64,000 bases of DNA from Candidatus Doudnabacteria bacterium RIFCSPHIGHO2_02_FULL_42_25 (GTDB taxonomy: Bacteria; Patescibacteriota; Doudnabacteria; UBA920; O2-02-FULL-48-8): NCBI GenBank assembly GCA_001777665.1, contig MFEQ01000006.1:24309-88308 (forward strand). The letters run 5' to 3'. This document shows, one piece after another, positions 9,719 to 16,658 of this stretch (position 1 is the first letter of the stretch; every line of letters starts with the position of its first letter). Made by a program: the position numbers and the translations under genes. The notes beneath the pieces were generated by a model that saw only the letters and a program-made list of their open reading frames with translations, ran no database searches and was not told the DNA's origin.

Positions 9719-9746
9719 TACTCCAATACTCTATAGTATTGGAGTA
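9719..9746. promoter_or_regulatory. 28-bp palindrome (ATACT-N4-AGTAT type)
   Basis: tactccaatact ctat agtattggagta; same architecture as the sites flanking the TrpR-like gene. Confidence 0.6.
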
Positions 9747-9751
9747 AATTG

Positions 9752-11233
9752 CTAAACATATCCCGGAAAGAAATCACTTTTGATATGTCTCTTGGATACA
9801 CCCATTGATTTTAACAGCTTCTCGAATGCAACAACCATGCCTCGCGGCCCTGAGACATAAAAGGTCCGATCGGACCAAATAGGTAATTCTGCTTCTAATC
9901 GCTTACGGTCAAGTAATCCATCACGATCAGTGACGACATAGATAATTTTAATTCCAAGCTTATTTGCAGCCTCTGACAAAATATCTTTATATGCAATTTC
10001 GCTCTCTGTCTTCACTGAATAGAATAAGACAATATCTCTTTTTTCTTTTTTATCTATGAGGTACTTCACCATACTCCGAAACGGGGTAATACCTATTCCA
10101 CCTGCGATAAATACTAATTTTTTAGTTGTATCTTTGGGTAGTGTAAAATCTCCGGCCAATTGTCCAGCGAGGACGGTTTCACCTGCATTAAGTGACGTTA
10201 GGGTTTGCTTAAAAGTACTGGGTTTATCATAAAATTTAATTCCTAAATCGATATGATCCTCTGTCGGTGATGATGCAATGGTGAAATAACGCCGGTTTCC
10301 TCGCAAATCATCTTTTTTGGTTTTCAAAGTCCATTCTAAATACTGACCGGGTTGGAAATTAATTTTTCGATTTGGAGTAAATTCAAACCCAAATGTCGCT
10401 GGAGCGATTTCTTTTTTTTCTTTCAGCGTCATTTTATATCTTCCCTTGTCAGAAACTAAAAACGAGAAAATGTTTCCTAAGACTAGAGCTAACTCTGGAC
10501 TAGAATACAATGGGCCTATGATAAAATTGGTTCCAGCAATAAACCCAACTATGGCTCCATAAGTAATTCGAAGTTTTCTGTTCGGGGGTGTAGTCAGCGG
10601 TTCGGTTAACATCACAAATGCAAAGTACAGTGTCGAGGAATTGATTAAGGTGCTTTTTATTGCCGACCAAGAATTGGCACCATCGGGAAGAGAAAAAACT
10701 AAACGAATCAAATAGACTATCAAAAAAGATATAACTAAATCAAAATGCTGGAGTTTCCGAGCAATCAGCAATCCTCCGACTATGACAAACGGAACTAAAT
10801 AGATATTGCCGACCCACCAACTAGCACCTTGCTGGATAACTAATAGCGTGGCAATTACAGCAATCGCAGCTGGATTGAATATGTGCTTCCCACGAAAATT
10901 AATAATGTATTTCGCGGCTTGAGAAAAAACAGCGGCCAAAACTACGAACAGCAAATCAGCCCCTGGCGTAATAATCAGAGTCAAAATCGCTGCAGTGATA
11001 TATGCAGATTCATTATTCGTGGGTACTCGAAATATTTTCGAAAAAATCCAGTTTGTAACCAAACAAACGGCAAATAAAATTAGCGACGTTTGAATAATAT
11101 CTAAAGTATCATACGGCACCCAACCAAAAAATGAAAAAATAATCGCTAAGCTGATCAATATAAGCAAAAAGTACAGCATGGCTCTGTACATAGTAATCTT
11201 ATTCAAAAAGCTATCTATGTATGGAACGGTCAT
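9752..11233 (-). CDS. RnfD/NqrB-like membrane domain fused to FAD/NAD-binding ferredoxin-reductase-type domain
   Basis: KHIFNPAA and MLTEPLTTP in the membrane half; FQPGQY, RYFTIASSP, IAGGIGITPF in the C-terminal half. Confidence 0.8.
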   Translation of the reverse strand: MTVPYIDSFLNKITMYRAMLYFLLILISLAIIFSFFGWVPYDTLDIIQTSLILFAVCLVTNWIFSKIFRVPTNNESAYITAAILTLIITPGADLLFVVLAAVFSQAAKYIINFRGKHIFNPAAIAVIATLLVIQQGASWWVGNIYLVPFVIVGGLLIARKLQHFDLVISFLIVYLIRLVFSLPDGANSWSAIKSTLINSSTLYFAFVMLTEPLTTPPNRKLRITYGAIVGFIAGTNFIIGPLYSSPELALVLGNIFSFLVSDKGRYKMTLKEKKEIAPATFGFEFTPNRKINFQPGQYLEWTLKTKKDDLRGNRRYFTIASSPTEDHIDLGIKFYDKPSTFKQTLTSLNAGETVLAGQLAGDFTLPKDTTKKLVFIAGGIGITPFRSMVKYLIDKKEKRDIVLFYSVKTESEIAYKDILSEAANKLGIKIIYVVTDRDGLLDRKRLEAELPIWSDRTFYVSGPRGMVVAFEKLLKSMGVSKRHIKSDFFPGYV

Positions 11234-11262
11234 AACTCATTATAACAAAAATTCCCTGCAAT

Positions 11263-11337
11263 TGGCTGGGGAGGAAGGATTCGAACCTTCGAATGCCGCC
11301 TCCAAAGGGCGGTGCCTTACCGCTTGGCGACTCCCCA
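11263..11337 (-). tRNA. tRNA-Gln (UUG)
   Basis: Reverse complement TGGGGAGTCGCCAAGCGGTAAGGCA-CCGCC CTTTGGA GGCGG-...GGTTCGAATCC...CCA; anticodon TTG; CCA encoded. Confidence 0.95.
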
Positions 11338-11393
11338 ACCAATCACAGAGAATTAATTTAGCCATGTAAATATAGCATTTTTTGGAGTTTTTT

Positions 11394-11888
11394 TCAACTC
11401 TTTTGATATACAAAAACACTTCCAATCTTAGTTGATTCCCAATTCGGAAAGTGAAAAATGTTCGAGACCACACGACTGCCGGGCGGAAGCTCGGTTTTTA
11501 ATTTTTGCTCAAGCTTGCCCATAATTTTAGTAATTCCAAAAAGCATAACGACGTTGTAATCCGAAAAGTCCTGAAACCAAAAGTTTTTCCAGTGCACGAA
11601 AGCTAGATTCTGTAATCCAGCTTTTTTTATTTTATATCTCGACCACCAAACCAGTAGTGGGTTGATTTCAAATCCATGAGATTCGATTCCTAGTTTAGCT
11701 GCGGCAATTAGTATGCGCCCATCCCCAGAACCGATGTCTGCTAATCTATCTCCAGTTTTCAGCTCGGCTGCCTGGATCATTTGATCCACTGTTTCTATAT
11801 TGGTCGGTACAAATGGAGCGCCTCGAATAACCCCTAAAAAATACGTCACAACAAGGACAACTATGATTATCAAAACCTCAATAAGCAT
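11394..11888 (-). CDS. Membrane-anchored class I SAM-dependent methyltransferase
   Basis: GAPFVPT, DIGSGDGR, GFEINP. Confidence 0.85.
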   Translation of the reverse strand: MLIEVLIIIVVLVVTYFLGVIRGAPFVPTNIETVDQMIQAAELKTGDRLADIGSGDGRILIAAAKLGIESHGFEINPLLVWWSRYKIKKAGLQNLAFVHWKNFWFQDFSDYNVVMLFGITKIMGKLEQKLKTELPPGSRVVSNIFHFPNWESTKIGSVFVYQKS

Positions 11889-11909
11889 AGGGTTATTATA
11901 GCTTAACTC

Positions 11910-11956
11910 TTGACAAAATAGCCAAAAAGGAGTACAGTAATTTGTTCTTAAGGAGG
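11910..11956 (+). promoter_or_regulatory. Sigma70-type promoter and SD of GC-rich cassette 1
   Basis: TTGACA-17-TACAGT; AAGGAGG at 11950-11956. Confidence 0.7.
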
Positions 11957-11965
11957 AATAGCGCG

Positions 11966-12312
11966 ATGACCAAGAACCATCGAGACGGCGAAAAGTTCGG
12001 GGGTAATCACACTACCCTTCTAGATTTGGCCGTGACGATGGTAGACATCGCGGCCAAGTACTCTGAAGTAAAAACTATTAGTCCGGGCATGCTTCAGGTA
12101 AACCCCAACAAATCCGGCGGATCCCAGCGTGTGAAATTCGCTTGGATGAAGGGGGGGGGCTTCTTATGACCGTTCGGCAAAACCGATCGGTCCAGGAAGT
12201 TCGAGTCTACACGTCGGACACTCAGACGACCATGGTCGCGCTAGCAAGAGCCGCTCGAGACCGAGATATTCCCATCGGGTTTCTGAAGAAGGATAAGACG
12301 CAAACCTACTAG
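11966..12312 (+). pseudogene. DUF2103-like gene split at a G9 tract
   Basis: GGNHTT and TISPG in the first frame, LLMTVRQNRSVQEVRVYT in a second frame after G9 at 12151-12159. Confidence 0.6.
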
Positions 12313-12329
12313 GCTTGGAGGATACGCAG

Positions 12330-12791
12330 ATGGCAGTCAACGCAATGGGAGCCTCGGCGGTTGCCGAGTTGCTGGGTGACCTGACAGATCGGACGAAGTA
12401 CACTGAGGGGGTCCTGAAAGGGATGCTCGGTGTCATCCGAAACGAAGAGCTGCATCACACGACGATCATCGGCAAGATCGGAATCGTGCCGCTGTCGCTT
12501 GAGCAGCTCAACAAGCTCAAGTACGTGGACGAGGCCAACCAGAAGACGGCATTCGGTTCTGACATCGCCACGGCCATCCGGGCTGAAATGACGCGACGGA
12601 CGAGCATCAAGATCGAATTCGAGTCCCTCTTCCGGACGCTCTACGCCGGCGCAGAGTACGGACCCGAGAAAGTGATGGACGCAATCCAGCGTTACGAGGA
12701 GGCCATGCGCTCGAGCTCGACCTCGTTCGCTCCTCCCCCGCCGGTTCCAACGACGGATAGCAACGACGGCTTCGCGGCACGGACGCACTAA
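12330..12791 (+). CDS. Hypothetical protein (GC-rich ORFan)
   Basis: GGAGGA SD, GC-rich codons, terminator at 12815-12853. Confidence 0.7.
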   Translation: MAVNAMGASAVAELLGDLTDRTKYTEGVLKGMLGVIRNEELHHTTIIGKIGIVPLSLEQLNKLKYVDEANQKTAFGSDIATAIRAEMTRRTSIKIEFESLFRTLYAGAEYGPEKVMDAIQRYEEAMRSSSTSFAPPPPVPTTDSNDGFAARTH

Positions 12792-12877
12792 TCACCCGCG
12801 TCGTCAGGACGCACAAACGGCGAGCCCAACACTGGGCCCGCCGTTTTTCTTTTGTTCTATTATCTGTGACACCTGTC

Positions 12878-12909
12878 TTACCTAGTTGCCCATATGGGCA
12901 ACTAGGTAA
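12878..12909. repeat. 32-bp perfect palindrome, CCCATATGGG family
   Basis: ttacctagttgcccat|atgggcaactaggtaa. Confidence 0.95.
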
Positions 12910-12925
12910 TCTCTTTTTTTACTTG

Positions 12926-12957
12926 CCTCTAATTTCAGCGATCGCTGAAATTAGAGG
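12926..12957. repeat. 32-bp perfect palindrome, GCGATCGC-core family
   Basis: cctctaatttcagcga|tcgctgaaattagagg. Confidence 0.9.
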
Positions 12958-12959
12958 AA

Positions 12960-14444
12960 CTAGTTCTCTACTTCCCCGCCCATAATTTTGAGGGCGGACT
13001 CCACTAACTCATCTTTTTGCTCCACTTGAGCCTCACCTTTTTGTAACGTAGGTTTTACCATCAGTTTCAGTCCCGTCACTTCTTCGATTACTTGATCGAC
13101 AACGATTCGATTCTTACGCGCTTCGATCGCATCTTTATGAAATTTATATGGAAATATCACTACCAGTTCTTTTCCTTCTATAGAAATAGGCTGAGCTAGT
13201 TTTAAACTCGAGATAAGCGAGTGGTTATATTCTTTTAGTTTTTCCAGAATCTGCGGCCAGTGAGCTTGGACTTTGGCAAATAACTCCCCCTCGCCCTCTC
13301 TTACATTAAGAGGGGGTTCCTCTGCTGCTTCATCCCCCCTTAATATAAGGGGGGATTGAGGGGGGTTATTCTCCTCGGTCGCCTCTACTGCGGCTAATTC
13401 AAGTGGCAGACTCTGGATCGATGACCATTTGATTTCACCTTCAGCTTTCTGGAATATCTGAATGATCTGCATAATTCTTGGCAATTCCAAAGCTTGGGCT
13501 TGATCCTTCATCTTCTGTGAAATTTCTTCGGTATAACCAAAATCAGAAGTTGTCCCCACTTTCGTCAACAATATTTTTCGCAAATACTCTAAAAAATCTT
13601 TTTCAAATTGATATAAATCTTTGCCCCCATAAGTCAGATCTGAAATAAAACTCACCGCTTCTTGGGTTTGATTTTCTACGAGCAGATCTAGGAATTTACT
13701 CAAAGTCTTCACGCCTGTTAAACCGAGGACTGTTTCGACTAATTCTTCAGTAATCTCGCCTTCGGCGTAATTCATAACTTGATCGAGTAGTGATAGCCCA
13801 TCTCGAAAACTGCCATCCGCAGCAGTCGCGATTTCCATCAGGGCTCCTTCACTAACTTTGATCTGATTATCGGAAGCCACATATGCGAGATGCTTGCTTA
13901 AATCTGCAATGCCGACTTTTTTAAAATCAAATCGTTGCGTCCGCGAAATAATCGTGGCTGGAACTTTATGAATTTCGGTCGTGGCCAAAATAAATACGGC
14001 ATGACTCGGTGGTTCTTCCAAAGTCTTAAGTAATGCATTAAAAGCGCCTTTTGAAAGCATGTGCACTTCATCGACAATAATCACTTTATATGTGGCCTTA
14101 GTTGGGGCAAATTGCAAATGATCGATCAATTCTCGAATATTATCCACGCCAGTGTGCGACGCCGCATCTATTTCCAGCAAATCTAAACTGGTATTCTCTA
14201 GAAATGGTTTACAGATCTCGCATTCGTTGCAGGGTTCCGAGCCTGTTCTATTCTGACAATTAATAGCCCGCGCAAAAATCCGAGCTAGCGTCGTTTTCCC
14301 GACCCCTCTGGGTCCGGTGAATAAATAAGCGTGGCCCACGCGATTATTGGCGACCGCATTGGCGAGCGTGGTTTTGATGTGTTCCTGATTGACCACGGAA
14401 CCGAAATTCAGTGGCCGATATTTTCTATACAATACTAAGTTCAT
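12960..14444 (-). CDS. dnaX: DNA polymerase III subunit gamma/tau
   Basis: LYRKYRP, GPRGVGKTT, IVDEVHML, LLKTLEEPP. Confidence 0.95.
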   Translation of the reverse strand: MNLVLYRKYRPLNFGSVVNQEHIKTTLANAVANNRVGHAYLFTGPRGVGKTTLARIFARAINCQNRTGSEPCNECEICKPFLENTSLDLLEIDAASHTGVDNIRELIDHLQFAPTKATYKVIIVDEVHMLSKGAFNALLKTLEEPPSHAVFILATTEIHKVPATIISRTQRFDFKKVGIADLSKHLAYVASDNQIKVSEGALMEIATAADGSFRDGLSLLDQVMNYAEGEITEELVETVLGLTGVKTLSKFLDLLVENQTQEAVSFISDLTYGGKDLYQFEKDFLEYLRKILLTKVGTTSDFGYTEEISQKMKDQAQALELPRIMQIIQIFQKAEGEIKWSSIQSLPLELAAVEATEENNPPQSPLILRGDEAAEEPPLNVREGEGELFAKVQAHWPQILEKLKEYNHSLISSLKLAQPISIEGKELVVIFPYKFHKDAIEARKNRIVVDQVIEEVTGLKLMVKPTLQKGEAQVEQKDELVESALKIMGGEVEN

Positions 14445-14582
14445 AAGATTTCTACGAAAGTACGAATTCTCGAATTACGAACTGTTCGTAGTTTCGTAAG
14501 TTCGTATTTCGTAGATAGTTTACCACAAATCAAAAAAGAACTAAATCAGTTCTTCTGTTTACTTCTTACTGTTTACTAATTA

Positions 14583-15038
14583 CTACTTTTTAAACACGAA
14601 TAATTTATACCCAGTGAAATTCCAGACCAGACTAACACCTGTGGCGATAACTTTGGCCCCGAATAGCCATGGTCGGGCCTCCACTCCAAACATTGGATCC
14701 ACAAACGTCGTGATCGCAACTACTACTCCAGTATTAATTGCGACTCCGATAATACTCACGAATAAAAACATGCTCGCTTTCCTACCTTCGTGAGCATGGC
14801 TATGATCATGGAAGGCCCAATTCTTGTTCAAAAAATAACTGTTCGTCGTCGCGATAGTGAACGAAACAACATTCAACGGAATCAAGTCAGCACCACCTGT
14901 GATGCCTGTGACTTTAGAAAGAATAAACAAAACGATGTAATCGATTCCAGTATTGATTAACCCAACAACAAAAAACCGTGAGAATTGCGCTACGGTTCTT
15001 TTAATTTCAGCTTTCGGTATTTGTGCCTCTGTACTTAT
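14583..15038 (-). CDS. GtrA family flippase-like protein; start uncertain (possibly ATA)
   Basis: QFSRFFVVGLINTGIDY lies upstream of the tracked TTG; NSYFLNKNWAF, WNFTGYKLFVF. Confidence 0.7.
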   Translation of the reverse strand: MSTEAQIPKAEIKRTVAQFSRFFVVGLINTGIDYIVLFILSKVTGITGGADLIPLNVVSFTIATTNSYFLNKNWAFHDHSHAHEGRKASMFLFVSIIGVAINTGVVVAITTFVDPMFGVEARPWLFGAKVIATGVSLVWNFTGYKLFVFKK

Positions 15039-15047
15039 TACTTTTTA

Positions 15048-15067
15048 CCTGCCTGCCGGCAGGCAGG
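15048..15067. repeat. 20-bp GC-rich palindrome
   Basis: cctgcctgcc|ggcaggcagg. Confidence 0.85.
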
Positions 15068-15085
15068 CTTATTACTAATTACTTT

Positions 15086-15703
15086 TTACAGTTCCTCAAG
15101 CTCAGTCTCATCTGAGCTGTCATTTCTGGAGACACTGGCCATGTTAGCAGCGGCTTCACCGGCCTTGATGACGTTCTCGACAGCTCCCCAATTCGCATCT
15201 TTATCTTTCGGTAAAACTATAGTAACTTGGTCCCCTGGTTCAGCTTTAAAGTAAGTCAGGGATGCCAACAACACTTTAAATGGCTTACCTTCTGCCACGA
15301 CTTTGTATTCACCTTTTTCGTCCTGTACCAAATTGCCCAAAACTTTTCTTCGTTCCACTGGTCCTATTTGCTTATAGATAAACGAACCGTCTTCGGCAAT
15401 TGTCAATTTCAACACGTCGCCCTCGACTAATTTACTTTTCGAGGCATAGTTTGATGGCACTGGGTATTGCTTACTATCCGGACCGATCATGTTCTGGCCA
15501 TCGAAAACTCCTTCTATAATTTTGCCACCTTCGGAGACAGACAAAACTTGAGCTTTTTTCATTATATCTGCATTGCTAACAACGCCACCGCCCATCATTT
15601 CGCGGAGGAGTTGTCTGGCTGATTGGATGTTTTTTTCTGCCGATTCGATCATTTGCGCTATCAGCGCTATATTTGAAATGTTATCCATTGTTGTTGGTGT
15701 CAC
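15086..15703 (-). CDS. Conserved hypothetical protein
   Basis: Long ORF with IIEGVFDGQNM, YPVPSNYASKSKLVEGD; function unknown. Confidence 0.75.
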   Translation of the reverse strand: MTPTTMDNISNIALIAQMIESAEKNIQSARQLLREMMGGGVVSNADIMKKAQVLSVSEGGKIIEGVFDGQNMIGPDSKQYPVPSNYASKSKLVEGDVLKLTIAEDGSFIYKQIGPVERRKVLGNLVQDEKGEYKVVAEGKPFKVLLASLTYFKAEPGDQVTIVLPKDKDANWGAVENVIKAGEAAANMASVSRNDSSDETELEEL

Positions 15704-15839
15704 TGGCTAAAATCGCACGATTTTGCAATTTTAACCTATTTATCCACAGTTTGTCAATTGTCTTTTGTTTCGGGGAAAGCTTTATTTAAAGCTAAATTAT
15801 TATAACATGGAAAAGGTTTTTTGTGCAAACCCTAATAGC

Positions 15840-15917
15840 ACCATCACGGACGCTACAAGCGAAGCGCGGGCGATCCGGGATCCATGCAGTGGACCCCGGA
15901 TCTCGGTCCGGGGTGGC
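15840..15917. repeat. REP-like element (gatccgggatcc family); inverted relative at 49863-49923
   Basis: Shared accatc(a/c)cggacgctac...gggcgatccgggatccat. Confidence 0.75.
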
Positions 15918-15919
15918 AG

Positions 15920-16093
15920 CTATTTTTTGCCTATTAAACTCTGAACCCAAACAATAAACGCTCGGAGGCCTGCCACAAAGTCGCCATCGGGTGGATTTTC
16001 GAGTAATTCCACAGCTTTTTCTACATCTTTCTCTGGCTGTTCTACTCTACCCGCGACTCCCTGCTCGTCTTTTATGCGTGGTTCTTGTTCCAT
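15920..16093 (-). CDS. Small hypothetical protein (57 aa)
   Basis: Read by hand MEQEPRIKDEQG...WVQSLIGKK; overlaps the end of the upstream ORF. Confidence 0.5.
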   Translation of the reverse strand: MEQEPRIKDEQGVAGRVEQPEKDVEKAVELLENPPDGDFVAGLRAFIVWVQSLIGKK

Positions 16094-16512
16094 AATTTTG
16101 GATTAATTTCTACATACTCTTTAAACCCAGGAAATTTTTGACATAACGCTTCTTCGGTCACACCATCGACGATGGCTTCCTCTAAAATCTTAACCGCTAG
16201 ACCCATATCCGATGGCATGATACTTGCTACATACATACTGACTTTATTTTCCAAATCTTTACGCGCTGACATGTGTACGTGCATATGAACTATATCCACC
16301 AGCGCGTGTAATTCATCAAAGTCTCGATGCAGTTCTTTCACAAACTCCAAAAACTGACTTTCGGAATCGATAAGATTGATATTTTGAACAACTTTCTGCG
16401 CAATGTCAGCCGCACGCTGTAAATCTATCCGACGTGAACGAATTAATTCCGCCAAAAACAAGGCGACATGTTTTGCAAACTCATTCTTATTATTATCGTT
16501 GGCTGGTGGCAT
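16072..16512 (-). CDS. Hypothetical protein
   Basis: 146-aa ORF in operon-like context. Confidence 0.65.
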   Translation of the reverse strand: MPPANDNNKNEFAKHVALFLAELIRSRRIDLQRAADIAQKVVQNINLIDSESQFLEFVKELHRDFDELHALVDIVHMHVHMSARKDLENKVSMYVASIMPSDMGLAVKILEEAIVDGVTEEALCQKFPGFKEYVEINPKLWNKNHA

Positions 16513-16541
16513 AACGTTACAGACTATTATTTTTTATTTTA

Positions 16542-16638
16542 ACCATTTCGAGGGCCGGTCAATTGACCGGTTAGCGAGAAATCGATTTTCCGAGAGTGAC
16601 TCCTCTTAGGAGGGATCTCTCACTTCGTTCGAGATGGG
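16542..16638. repeat. REP-like element (ccatttcga...gatctctcacttcgttcgagatgg), copy 1 of 3
   Basis: Shared ends with 19846-19918 and 27002-27083. Confidence 0.8.
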
Positions 16639-16658
16639 GTAGGAGAGCCCGCTTCAGG

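Noticed and set aside
11178-11473. Short ORFs around 11.2-11.5 kb
   Set aside because: They overlap the tRNA-Gln gene and are spurious.
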